From Callorhinchus milii (lineage: Eukaryota), in contig NW_024704742.1 of assembly GCF_018977255.1 (NCBI RefSeq), positions 81,656,001-81,720,000 of the forward strand: 64,000 nt of DNA, written 5' to 3'. A program made the position numbers and the translations under genes. The notes below the pieces were generated by a model that saw only the letters and a program-made list of their open reading frames with translations, searched no databases and was not told the origin of the DNA. Shown one piece after another: positions 37,492 to 50,046 of this stretch; the stretch's first letter is position 1, and each line of letters starts with the position of its first letter.

Positions 37492-37559
37492 GCCATGAGT
37501 CCTGTAGCTTATGAGAGAGCATAGTTGTAAAACCTTGGGATTGACGATGGTTTGTGTTC

Positions 37560-37840
37560 ACAGGACACATAATCAGAGCCAGTTGCAGGTCTAGATTTAA
37601 TATTACACTGTGCGGTTGATCCTTATCCAACAGCTATGATTATAGTCTTGACTAACTGTGTGGATGATTCATAGAAGACCTACCACCTCCACAGAGTGCA
37701 CAGGCAGTGTTTCCATCTCCACAAATGTTGCAAACAGATTTTCAAGAGTTGTCCAACATCTTTCTAGTCACTGCAAAGTTATTATCTGTGCTGCATATAG
37801 ATCCACTGCATTATTGCAAAAGGTCTGCACTCCGATTGTT
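37560..37840 (-). mobile_element. Possible hAT transposase C-terminal dimerisation-domain fossil
   Basis: ENLFATFVEMETLPVHSVE/(fs)GRSSMNHPHS*SRL resembles the hATC pattern FPNL..L....LPV.SA..ER.FS.MN.I....R.RL. Confidence 0.4.
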
Positions 37841-37844
37841 CTTT

Positions 37845-37888
37845 AATAATCCTTGCATTTGATATAGCGCTTTTCACGTCGGGAGGAC
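37845..37888 (-). mobile_element. Tail-only insertion of young SINE A
   Basis: Matches the last ~44 nt of the young form. Confidence 0.9.
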
Positions 37889-38245
37889 TATCAATTAGTG
37901 GGGCTTGTGTCAAGGATTAAAGATGTTTGACCTCTATGCATGCTGCTGATTGAAATTATATCTAACAACCAGCTTTGTTGACCATATTTGCTCATGTGTG
38001 ACTGCAGACTATCACTGCTCAATCTTCTTGTCCCTGAGAGCTCATTGGTATTATTTTCCATCAACTTGTACTTAAGCAGACCTTTCACTTTGCATTCTAA
38101 TACCCTATTCCCACTGTTAGAAACAAAGTATAATTACTTCCAGCAGGAGAGCAATGTGAGCAGTGTGAAGTTTGGTTTACACTTAATCACTCCTTGACAT
38201 ATTAACAACTCCTCTTTTTCAGGGTTCTGCATAATTGGCTCCTCT

Positions 38246-38520
38246 ATAACAACAACAATTTGAATTTATCTGGCAGCTTTCACATAGAGTAACATCTCAA
38301 GGCACTCTACAGAGACACTGATGGACACCAAATAGGGAGAAAGAGGGCGTTGACCGTTGGGAGAGTCGAAGAAGTGTTTTTTCAGGAGGCTTTTAATGAC
38401 AAATAGAGATTGGAGCAAGGCAGAGGCCATTAGTGAGATTTCTAGAGTTCAAAGGGTTGACTATCAATGTTGAGGCAGAGGATGCAAGGAATGTGCAGCA
38501 GGCCCAAACTTGTCAAGGAG
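38246..38520 (-). mobile_element. Old L2 3' fragment
   Basis: (AAC)n end; tttctagag and ggaggcttttaa patterns. Confidence 0.6.
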
Positions 38521-38820
38521 AGGGAGCAACAACAATTTACATTTATACAGTCCCTTTCATATTTGGAGGACATATCAAAGCACCTAGCAATTGGGTGAGA
38601 CTGGAGAATATTAAATATAGCATTCAATGCCAAAAATATTGCCAAAAAGTGCAATCCAAACATTTATTTATTAATTAATATACCTGGGAGCAAACATCCC
38701 ATCTTGAATTAGGTAGAAGGTGTTGGTCCCAAAACGATAACAGTCTAGAAATGATGCCAGATGGCATCATTTCCCAAGCTATGCCAGTGTTCTGTTCAAT
38801 AAGAGCAGAGGGGAGTTAGC

Positions 38821-38878
38821 TGGGGGGGGGTTGAGGGGGTTAGTTGGAGGGGTTGGTATGGGGGGATGGTGGGGGGGA
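38821..38878 (+). repeat. G-rich low-complexity tract (G-quadruplex potential)
   Basis: Five G-runs of four or more with short loops. Confidence 0.8.
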
Positions 38879-40599
38879 GAATTATACACCCAAACCCCTC
38901 AGTAGTTAAAGATTGGTTTGACCACACTCACTGGCAATGTGTGTTGTTGATAATTATCGTCAGTAGTAATGTGCTTTCAAAACCCTTCTTGCACGAGCTC
39001 TCACACCATCTTTGTAAATAGTTTCACTCATTTATAATAATTCTTACACTTGATATAATGCCTTATCACGTCATTGAGACATCTCAAAACACTTCACAGA
39101 ATGTATTGTAAAGTGAATTGACTATATATTTTGTGGACAAACACAATTACATCAAAGGAGTTGCCTTTTTTAATAATCGCGTTGAAAGCTGTAATTTGCA
39201 TCTCGGAGTGCCTTGGAAGTCTTTGATTGGTTCAGTGGATTGCCCAAGACCATTTCGAAACTGGATTAGAATCAATCTCATTCATTGACGATTAGCAGTG
39301 TGAATCAAAGTGCTATCAACTCCAGTTTGTTGCAAATACACATATGTTAACAGTGCAAAGGAGCTGCTTTATTGTATTTTGGTAATTTGGTACATTAGTG
39401 TGACAAACATATTGAGCTGGAAAGTGGGTGGATATAGATTGGAGCCCATTATTCTTTCTGTATTCCTTGCTATTTGAGTTCTTGAGACTATGTAGCATAG
39501 CTCTACATAGAGCAAGGGAAACCATCAGAGGATAAATAACTCTTCCAATTTTTGTGCACCTTCAGTTAAAGGCAGCAGAGATCATGAGATTAGTTCTTTT
39601 TAATCCTCATTGCCAGAGGAAGGTGAAAGGCAAAGTAAGTCGAAGACAGAAGAAAGAGGATTAAGTACAGACCCATTCTCATGTATTTGCCTCAAGCAAA
39701 CATCCAAGGCAGTTTCTATGCATTGCCAAAAGTGAATTCTCTATACTACCTTAGAAAACAAAACCTTTTACAAGCTTTCACTTGTATTGAAGAGTGAGGA
39801 CAATAAGACTCACTGGTTTGAACTTTGTCCCATAATTTTACCATTGAACAGTACAGGTTTAAATTCAGCTTCACAGATAATTGAATTTCAGACCCTTTGA
39901 ACCCATGTGAGATTAACCTGAATTCTTATCCTTATTACAAGGTTGGCTATTCAGCTCACTGTCACTGTGTTTGCTTTAGGACTGCTATTTACTGCACTAC
40001 TGATTTCAGCAAAGATACTGCTGGGTTTAATTGATAGCACTAACTAGGCCACGGTCGAAGAGGAGGGTCTTGAGGCCTTGAAAGAGGCAAACGAGCGAGA
40101 CTATACTTGACAGTGTTTACTTCTGAAGCACTTTGAAAGAATGACAATATGCATGCTATATCAAATGTAACAATTGCTAATGACACAAATAAGCATTTGA
40201 TTTTAAGGCAAATGACCAATACTGACATTAAATTCACTGGTCTTGATTTGACACTTCTTGAATAATGGTTTAATATTTGCGACCTTGCCACTGACTGATA
40301 TTATCCCTGAATCTGGAGAGCTTTGGCAGCTTATACCATTGCATCTCCAATGTTCTTGTCTATTTCTTTTGAATAGCATCGGAAACCATTTGGATCAAGA
40401 TATTTATGTGGCTTTAGTCCTAATGGTTTATCTATTACAGTTACTCTGCTCTTACTAATCCCTGGAATTTTCTCTTTTCGCTTATCTTTAGTTTGCACCG
40501 TTATTGAATTCTTTCCCACTCTAAAGACTAACGTAACATAATCAGTTAGAAGTTATATCCTTATCCTGTATTAGTTTCAAATCAAAAGCTGCCTTAATG

Positions 40600-41110
40600 T
40601 GCCCACTTCCTCCTTATCCTACTCTCTTGATTTAGTTATTAAAATGTTTCCAATTTTCCTGCTATTACTCCCCAGCTCTTTCCTACAAAAGCTGCAGGCT
40701 ATCCAGAACTTTGCTGTCCATGTCCTTTCCCGCACTGGCTCCGTGAGACTACAACCCCATCCTCAATCAATTGCTCTGGGTCCTCATCCCCTAGTGGATC
40801 AAGTTTAAGATCCTCATTCTCATTTCTAAATCCATCCACAGTCTCAACCCACTGCACATGAGTGACCTCCTCAAACTCTACCAACCCATCCGCTCCCTTT
40901 GCTCAATGAGCACTGGCCTGTTTCATGTCCTTGTTCACTTTCTGGAATACCATCCCTGAATCCCCTAATTCTCTCCCTCACCATATTCAAGGTCAACCTC
41001 AAGACATACCTTTAAGTCATCTTGCCCCTCCCTATCCACTCAGGTCCTACCTCCAGCTCGGTTGCCAAGCCGGCAATGTCGAGTACAGTGGGACACTTTG
41101 CTGATGTGAA
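40600..41110 (+). mobile_element. Old L2 3' part
   Basis: LQKLQAIQNFAVHVL and KFKILIL motifs; tail. Confidence 0.8.
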
Positions 41111-41748
41111 TAATAATAATCCTTGCACTTAATATAGCACCTTATCAAACTGAGGGCGTAATCTTAAAATTGAAGCTGGGCATTTAGAAGTGAAATTAGG
41201 AGGCAAAAAGTAGTGGAAATCTGGAACTCGCTTCCCCAAAAGGCTGTGGATGCTGGATCCATTCACATTTTCAAGACTGAGGTGGATAGATATTTGTTAG
41301 GTCAGCGTATTAAGGGATATGGGGCAAGGGCAGGTAAGTGGACTTGAGTCAGATCAGCCAAGATCTTACAAAAAAATGGCGAAATATGCTCGAAGAGCTG
41401 AATAGCCTACTCCTGTTTTTATGTTTATGTCTTTGAGAAGTCTCAAAGAGCTTCAAAGAATGCACTATCAAATGAATTGATAGTATATTTTGTGGGTAAA
41501 CATGGCAGCCAATTGCACACAGCAGTGTCTCACAAGTAACCGTTGATTGAGTGACCAAATTATTTGTTGGGAAGAAATTATTACTCCCAGAAAGCAATCT
41601 GCCAATCAACTAACAACCGGGTTGCGATTTACTGCTAAGTAGATAAAGGAGTAAGGAAACTTGGCTAAGGTTTCGCCCTGCCTGGGAATCGAACCCGGGT
41701 ACTCTCACTTGTGAGGTAAATGCTCTAACAAATGCGCTACAGGACTCC
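41110..41748 (-). mobile_element. SINE family A long form split by a CR1 insertion
   Basis: Tail end at 41110-41147, rest at 41430-41748. Confidence 0.85.
41148..41430 (+). mobile_element. CR1 LINE 3' end nested in a SINE tail
   Basis: QKVVEIWNSLPQKAVDAGSIHIFKTEVDRYL, 3'UTR, (tatgtt) tail. Confidence 0.9.
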
Positions 41749-43124
41749 TGTAAGGTGCTGCATAAATCTAAATTGTATTGGAATATAGTTAATATAATTT
41801 CTTCTAACTTCCTTTTTACCCTCTTTTTTGTGGTTTCTCTCTGCTACTCCTCATTTTTGACACTCTTTCTTGTCTTTAAATAAGGCATTACATGCGTGAC
41901 TGGCGGAGATTTGATTTTGAATCATTAGTGGATCTTAAGCACACAGTGATAGCTTTGTGAAGTGAGAGAGAGAGAGTTTTCTGGGTTATCAGTATTATTG
42001 TCAGAGTGGGGGGTGGGGGGGGAGGTGGTGTTGTGGTGTGGTTGGGTAGTTCTAGTCAAAGTCTGTAAATATTGGGTGATAACCATGCAACACACTACCT
42101 GGGTAGTGTGTTACCATTATTGCTACCTACCATTAGCATTTTGTTTTTGCAAGGTTCAGGACAAATCTAAATCTTCCAATCTGCCTGGGATAATTGTGGA
42201 CCTGCCTGACTTTGCTTGTCACATCTTCTCTCAAAATTCAAGTCAGCCCCAGGGAGATCACATATATCTTTTCCCAAAAAGGATCTTTTTGTATAGACAT
42301 GCAAAACTCATTGTAGCAGTTTTATTCCTCTTCAACTAGCCAAAAATTGCACCTGAACTTACCTAGTAAATCTGTTTTGTCTGTTTTATCACATAAACAC
42401 AGGAAAATTTAAATATGTAATTTTAATTTGGAAACCAATTCTTTTTAAGAGCGACAGAAACACAATTTAAAAAATACTGAATTTAAGAACTTTCCGCAGT
42501 TTTATACAGTCTCAAATGTTTAGACATAATTATATTACAGTTTAAGTGGAATTTCAGGCTTTTGGTTATACTGGAATTAATTAGTTTAAGGATCTTGTGA
42601 GAACAATATACTCTATACAGGAAAATTTGGATTAAAACCGACAATAGCTGTCAATGGGAATGGAGTCTCGGTGCCTATGCTATTATGTTTGATATCAGGA
42701 TAATATTGTATATTTGCTTTCTTTACACGTTAAAAATAAATGTTTACCAGGATCTAAATTTTAAAATGTAATAAGGAATCTCATTAGAAATTAATAAGGA
42801 ATCTTATTAATAAATGAATAATGAGAATAGAACTTGCATTTGCCTGATCACATTGTTGAAATATCTCAAAGTGCTCCAAAGGATTTACCATAATGTTTAG
42901 TGACTGCATTTTGTAGTTGAACATAGCAATAAGTTTATCCACAGAATGGCCCACAAACAGCCATAAAATGATTGATAATAATATCCTTGTATTTCATATA
43001 ACACCTTATCATGTCACTGAGACGTCTCAATGCGCTTCACAGAATATACTGTAACGTGGATTGACTGTGTGTCTTGAAGACTAACCAATTTTCCATTTAA
43101 ATATCATATCATTTTTAAAGTATT

Positions 43125-43358
43125 TAAATCATCAATTTTATCTGGGTTGTTGTTGCCCTTGACATTGACGGAAGCCTCCTTCTCTTCTGGATAGTGCCAT
43201 CGAAGCTTTACCATCCACCTGAACAGGGAGACGGGAACCTGGTTTAACATCTCATCTGAAGAACGACACCTTTGAGGATGCGATGCTCTTTCAGTACTGT
43301 GGTGGAATGTCAGCCTTGACAATGAGTTCAAAGCCCTTGAACCCACAACCTTCTAACT
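43125..43358 (-). mobile_element. Deu-domain SINE (family B) 5' part
   Basis: catccacctgaacagggagacgggaacctggtttaacatctcatctgaa. Confidence 0.85.
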
Positions 43359-43535
43359 CAACAACAATAACACATCATATTTGTATAGCGCCTTTCACAT
43401 CGGGAGGACGGGTCAAGGCACTAGACAGTCAAAGATTTGGACCCAAGCTGGTCTTGGGATCAGGAGAGGTGGAGGGCAGGGAGGGTAGGAGTAGGAGGGT
43501 GACCGAAGTTGCAGTCAAAGAGGAGGGTCTTAAGA
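43358..43535 (-). mobile_element. L2 tail fragment
   Basis: tagcgcctttcacatcgggaggac. Confidence 0.85.
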
Positions 43536-44774
43536 TATTAGAGATTAATTAGGAACCCCATTGAAAATGCTTCTAACCCAGGGGAACTGCTTTCCAAAAG
43601 TATGTGACGTTGGAGCAGGGTTTCCACAGATCAGTGTTATGTACTTTAGGTTAACCAGGAATCCCTATTTGCACCACTTGGTTTCTCGGTTGGTTCTCTC
43701 TAAAACCTTGAACCAGGAGTCTTGCAAAGTAATTAATGGTCCACACACAGAAGAATGGTATTTTTTTCCCACAAGCTGTGCATTTCACACTGATCGTCTA
43801 ACCTCTGACATCCAGTGACACTTTTTATGCTCACTCTGTATCAAAGAAGCACCCCAGGAAGATAAGGCAAATAAATTCCTTGGGACTGATGTGGGTGAAA
43901 TATGATTCCCATAGCAACCTGTTCTGCTTTTCTAACGGAATGTGCCAATCTAAATCAGAGGCATGTGATGTTGTCAGTACCTCAACATTGCTCCTGGCAA
44001 ACCAAGAATCAACTGTACTTACCTTACACTAATTGCTAACTTGTGCTTGTAAGATAGCCTACATGCGATCCAATCATTAAACAAACAGTAGAGAGAAATA
44101 TGCAGATTCTAAAAATAAACACTGACAGATTCACTGAGAAATGGAAAGCAAAGGGCATGATTCTCACTGTATTACTATGCTGCACCTGTCAGCACACAAC
44201 CATGCACATCACAAAACGTATCACGTGGTTTTATTCCGTATCAACTGAAAGAAAATGTGAAGCTCAATGCATGATGGAGTTGAGGACACCTAATCTAACA
44301 TCTGAAACTGTCAATGAAAGTGGAATTTCTGCCCGGGACTTTTACGTCTCATCGACTAAAGTTTCGATTGATAATACATTTTAAGTATTATTAGTGATGC
44401 AGTCTGCAGGGACTAATTCCTTGAAAACTAGAGGTTTTCATGTTCTCATGTTGTGAAGCCTCATATAATGTATTTTCGATGAATACCACCTATATAGCAG
44501 TATTTTTGGTTGAATTATCTCCCTGTCATCAAGTCCTGTGCTTACTTTTTCTGCTATGCTGATTGCTCTCTGTCAACGTGTGCCAATTAAAGCTCCTGTT
44601 TTAGTAGCCGAGTTGGGAATATGGATAAGCATAACATTCCAAATTTGGATATTTCAACATTAAGCCTGAACATGACCGTGCTGAATGTACTCATCTGATT
44701 GCAATCTTTGTGTGAAGGACATCAAAATACTCGGTTTGATGATTGGTCATATTCTACAATGTAACCCAGTTGGG

Positions 44775-45680
44775 GCAAATGCTTAGGCAAGTTTCCTTAC
44801 TCTACACGCCTCTGTGTACCTAGAGTAAGTAGGAACCCGATTGATCATCAATTGGAGGATCTCTTTTGGAAGGTAATAATCCCTTCAAAAATAAATAAGT
44901 TAATAAATGAATAATGATTTGGTCACTCAATCCAGGACTGTTTGTGGGACACTGCTGTGCACAATTGGCTGTGTGTTTTGGCCACAAAATAAACAGTCAA
45001 TTCACTTTACAGTATATTGTATGAAGCACTTTGAGACGTCTCAACAACGTGATAAGGTGCTATAACAAATACAAGGGTTATAATAATGGGTTCAATTGCA
45101 GGCAGGGTGAAACCCTGGGCAGGTTTCCTTACTCCACATGCCTAATAATAATCCCTCCAAAATAAAAAAAATAATAAATTGGTTATTTTAAATCCACAAC
45201 TGTTTGTGGGACACTGCTGTGCGCAATTGGCTGCCACGTTTCGCCCACAAATATACGGTCAATTCACTTTACAGTCTATTCTGTGAAGAGCTTTGAGACG
45301 TCGAGAAGATGTGAAAAGCACCTTATCAAATGCAAGGATTATAATTATTAAGTGTCTCCACTGTTGAGTAGCAAGAGGTCTATTCGCCAATGAAAGCCAA
45401 TGAATAACATTGTATTCCAGGCAGAACAAAACCTTGGGCAAGTTTCCTTACTCCATACGCCTGATAATAATCCCTCCAAAAAACAAAACAATAATAAATT
45501 GGTCATTTTCAGTCCATGACTGTTTGTGGGACACTGCTGTGCGCGATTGGCTGCTGCGTTTTGTCCACAAATATACGGTCAATTCACTTTACTGTCTATT
45601 CTGTAAAGCGCTTTGAGACGTCGAGAAAACATGAAAAGCGCTATATCAAATGCAAGGAGTATTATTTTTATTATTATTGT
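44775..45680 (+). mobile_element. Three tandem SINE A copies (long ~44775-45085, short ~45086-45349, short ~45412-45680)
   Basis: Three consecutive 5'-truncated bodies, each with a tail. Confidence 0.92.
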
Positions 45681-46119
45681 ACTGCCTATAATGGGAGGTG
45701 GGTGGGGTGGGGGATGAAGTAAGAGTAATCATTTATTAGAACACAGTGCTGCTGAGGTAAGGCATATTAGTTCGGCATAGGAAAAAAGGGTTTTCTTTTG
45801 TTCTTTAATCCCGATTTAATTGACAGTATCAGGAATAACCTGTACCACAGATAGTCTGCTAATCAGACAAACTGACAGGCACATAAAGCAGCAATTGGTC
45901 CCAGTAAGATCCTCACGGTCATTCAATTCAGGCCATTTATTGTACAACAGGGTTCATATTTTAATAATGAAGACATCCCAATATTTCAAAATCTTATTAT
46001 TGCAACGTTAGTGCTTTTACTGTCATACTGAGTAAGCTCAAAATGTACACAGCTCACAAAGACAGATATTTTTGTGGATTTGTTGACAGTCTGAGGGATA
46101 AAGTTCTAAAATTAGCCAA

Positions 46120-46392
46120 TGCTTGTGCCTCATTACATCGTTGAAACATCTCAAAATGTGTCACAGGATTCAACAACAACAACAAATTCCATGTGTATAA
46201 CATCTTTCATATTGGGAGGATGTCCCAAGGCACCTTATTTATTGTAAAGTGTAACAACTCTGTATTTTGAAGCCGAACCCAGCAGCCAATTTACACACAG
46301 CATAGTCCCACAAACAGCCAGGAATGGAATGACCAATTTATCTGGAGGATTGTTGGCCATGACACTGGGAGAAACTCCTTTCTCTTTTCAAG
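46120..46392 (-). mobile_element. Deu SINE 3' part with a nested L2 tail (~46171-46234)
   Basis: SINE tail interrupted by a (CAA)n + gggaggatgtcccaagg segment. Confidence 0.75.
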
Positions 46393-46763
46393 ACTCTTGA
46401 AAATGAAGCTTGAAATCACTTAACCACTTTTTGCCTCATCATTGTTCTCCACTGTCCTTTCCAACCTTGATGTTCACTGCACTGAGGGCAGTGCAGGTTT
46501 GCTCTGAGTTTAAAAAAACACTCGAGAGGCAGAATTCTATCAATGAGAGAGGCACATCAGTTTTTTTGAATAATCCAATCTTAACAAAATCAAATTGCTC
46601 AAGCATCCACATATTCCTGAATGCTGAGTGTGGGATATCGGATTTCATTGAAGGTAATAAAAACAGTCAATCGATGCTAATATACTTACAACAATGAAGA
46701 TAATATTGCTGAGGCGATTAGTAAGCCACTCGACTCCTAAAAAATTTACAAGTTCAAGTTGGA

Positions 46764-47760
46764 TAACAACAACAAAATTACATTTGTATAGCGCCTTTCA
46801 CATTGGGAGGATGTCCCAAGTTGCTGGACAATCAGTGTTTCGGACCCGAGCTGGGGGTTAGGATCGGGGGTGGTGGAGGGCAGGGGGGCAAGGAGGATGA
46901 TCGAAGGCACGGTCAAAGAGGAGGGTCCTGAGATGGGTATTGAAGGAGTCAAGGGACGGGCGAGGCCAAGGGATTGCAGAATGGAGTTCCAGAGGGTGGG
47001 GACAGAGTGTCTAAAGGCCTGCTCACCAATGATGGGGCGGGTGAGGTGAGGGATATGAAGCAGTGCGGAGCCCGCTGAGCGGAGGGAGTGGGGAGGTTAT
47101 TAAGGGGTTAGGAGGTTGCAAAGGTAGTGGGGATCAAGGCCATGGAGGGTTTTGAAGGTGAAGACCAGGATCTTGAACTGTATCCTCAATGTGATGGGAA
47201 GCAAGTGGAGTCAGGTGAAGATGGGGGTGATAGGGTCATGGAGCCTGGTGCAGGAGAGGACATGGGCTGCAGAGTTCTGGATGATCTGCTGTCTATGGAT
47301 GGAGAAGTTGAGGAGACCCACAAGCAGGGAGTTGCATAGTCAAGCCTGGCTATTTTGAATGCGTGTATGTGAGTTTTGGTGGCAGAGCCGGGTAATGTTG
47401 CGGAGATGGGGGAAGGCAGAGTGGGACATGGCATGGATGTGGGGTAGAAAGGATAGTTGATGGGCAAACAAGATACCAAGCTATCGGACTGGCTCAGTGA
47501 GGTGGAGTGTGCAACCATGGAAGGTGATGCTGTCAGCACCTGAGGTGTGGCGGTGCTGACGGGACATAATCAAGAAAGCCTCGGTCTTGTTAACGTTCAA
47601 CTGGAGAAAGTTAACTCTCATCCAGGACTTGATGTCTGACAGACATTCTGTCAGGACAGCAGTGGTCCTGGAGTCGAGGGTGGAGACAGACAGATAGAGT
47701 TGGGTGTCATCCGCATACATGTGGAAGTTCACCCCAAGTCTGCGGATGATGTCACCAAGA
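46764..47760 (-). mobile_element. 5'-truncated L2 LINE
   Basis: NFHMYADDTQLYLSVSTLDSRTTAVLTECLSDIKSWMRVNFLQLNVNKTEA, RLDYA, tail. Confidence 0.95.
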
Positions 47761-47989
47761 CAATACTGTAAGGCACAAAGTCGTACACGGAGATATTACT
47801 ACGACACCATTTCAAAGGTTGATATACAGGTGAGCCCTGCAATACCTATGGACACCTCATGGTATGATGACTGTATATTTTAGGTTAGCAAGCAGTGGAA
47901 TGCCTGTCTCTCAGTGGACATATTTCAGGTTGGTGCACTAAACCTGACTGAGATATCATCCAAAGCAGGTAGTCAAACCTCTCCAGACT

Positions 47990-48317
47990 TGCGTTATGTT
48001 TGCCACATGATGTTTGGATTGAAAAAATAAACCTAGAACAATACCTTCATGTAATGTTTACATTTTTGGTGCATCAAGACTGTACAGCAAGAGGACATAG
48101 GTTTTGAGTTGTAAAGCGCAACTTCAGGACAAACAACAGGATGTTGTTTTTTTATCCAGATTGCAATTCATGTCTGGAACAGGTTGCCAAGAAGTGGTTG
48201 AGGCCAGGACACTGGCTTGATACTGTGGTGGGAAGACAGTGTGGTGGGTGTTCTGGAGGGTTGAGGTCAGATAACCAAAGTGTCTTATTCATCCAAACTA
48301 ATTTTGTGATCCTGTGA
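47990..48317 (+). mobile_element. Old CR1 3' end
   Basis: ARGHRF..VKRNFRT and VWNRLP motifs; same family as 9005-9240. Confidence 0.75.
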
Positions 48318-48527
48318 CTAGTCTCACATATACAATATACTAAAGGGTATGGAGAGCAAGCAGAAAGTGTGGGATTAGATTTGAAATAATATACTTATTA
48401 CGTTTCACATTTGGAAGATGTCTCAAACTGCTTGACAATGCTGGCTGGGCACCCAATCTGCATGTGGAAGAGAGGGGTGAGGAGGGGAAAGATAACCAAA
48501 AGCCCAGTCAAAGAAGTATTAATGTAG

Positions 48528-48805
48528 TAACTCTGTGGTTTTAGCTGGTTAGACTCCAGCAGTAGCCCAATGTGCACTCTGGGATCCCCAAACTTTGCTT
48601 TTTGCCAACCTGTGCCTAATACTTTCCGGAATTAGGTAAGCAGGATGGGTCCCTCCAGGGAGTAATTGTGCATTCCATTCCAACAATCTCTCTCTGGGAT
48701 TTCCGTGTGTAGGTGGGATGCATGGAATTCTCAGTTTGGTTTGGATACTCTTAAGCATGGAGATGAGTTTTTGCATATGTCAGACTCCCGGCTGACAAAA
48801 AAAAA
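48528..48805 (+). mobile_element. Family C 3' part with terminal hairpin and A-tail
   Basis: GTCAG-actcccgg-CTGAC at 48779-48796, then A9. Confidence 0.88.
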
Positions 48806-49279
48806 TAAAGTAGTAGTGAACAGATGCATTGGCTTTCTGGAGACTTTCTTTCCTCCAACAGCCCTTGCTTCCCTCTCTCCCCTCTCAACCAGGTCAAGGG
48901 AGAAATGGATTAGAACATTTCAAGGCAAAGTGAACAAAACTCCACAGGTATTCTTCAAAAATAAGTCCTCTTACTGATGCAGCAAGTGAACATCCACAAC
49001 ACAGTTAAGTTAAGTCCCCGATTTCAAGAAGGAATTGTCAGGAAAGTAGTCTGGAGGGACTCAGATGCCAAGTGTCCTTGTCTAAGAAAAGAAACATTGG
49101 CCGGTGAGTCGCTCTAGGCTACTTTCCATGTGTTCCTTATAGCTAGAAACAGAGTATATGTGACAGATGCCTGGGAGAAGGAATACTGTCCTCCATCCTG
49201 AATAGGGAATAATGTACGTCAGACAGACATAAAGACGAAGACATGCAAGGACAGGAAAGCCAATAAACTGAATTAGACT

Positions 49280-49580
49280 TAGCTTATTTCAGCACAGAAA
49301 CAGGTCATTTAGCCCATTAAGTCTACATTTGTGGTTGTCTAAATATAAGCCATCCAATCTAATTCCACTCTTTCTATGGTTACAAATTTATGCTTACAAA
49401 TTTCTATGGTTTTTGCTCCTCATGGCCATTAATATTCAAAGTATTTATCTAATTTCCTTTCAAAATATTGTGTGAACTGTAGCATTTGTTTAACAGATAT
49501 ATTATTAGTTACACTAGCATAACCCTTCAGAATTTTGAAGATATCTCTCAGGTGATCTCTTAGCTTTCTCAGTGATAGAG
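49280..49580 (-). mobile_element. Old CR1-type 3' fragment
   Basis: cagcacagaaacaggtcatttagccca; gtatttatctaatttcc. Confidence 0.6.
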
Positions 49581-49702
49581 ATTGGATATCTTTAATCCAT
49601 CACTGATGCTGATCATTATGGATAGGAACTCTATTTTGGTGGAACACAATCAACAGACTTGTATATGAAAAGGGGCCCATAGTGTGCTTCTTAATGAGTA
49701 AA

Positions 49703-50046
49703 GTGGAGGCCTGTAGCTCAGTGGTTAGAGCACTCGCTTTGCAAGTGAGAGACCTGAGTTCAATTCCAGGCAGGTCAGGGCGAAACCTTGGGCAAGTTTC
49801 CTTACTCCACACGCCTAATAATAATCCCTCCAAAAACCAAAAAAAAAAAACAATAATAAAATTGGTCATTTTCAATCTACGACTGTTTGTGGGACATTGC
49901 TGTGCGCAATTGGCTGCCGCGTTCGCCCACAAATATACAGTCAATTCACTTTACAGTGTGTTCTGTGAAGCGCTTTGGGACGTCCTCCCGACGTGAAAAG
50001 CGCTATATCAAATGCAAGGATCATTATTATTATTATTATTATTATT
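49703..50046 (+). mobile_element. SINE family A short/young form, full length
   Basis: Intact head and tail; a second tail-only copy follows at ~50117-50160 after a short L2 piece. Confidence 0.95.

Noticed and set aside
42770..42830. Short tandem duplications (also 7611-7638, 35441-35460, 57677-57701) as an array or CRISPR
   Set aside because: Only two or three units with no spacers; ordinary slippage in eukaryotic DNA.
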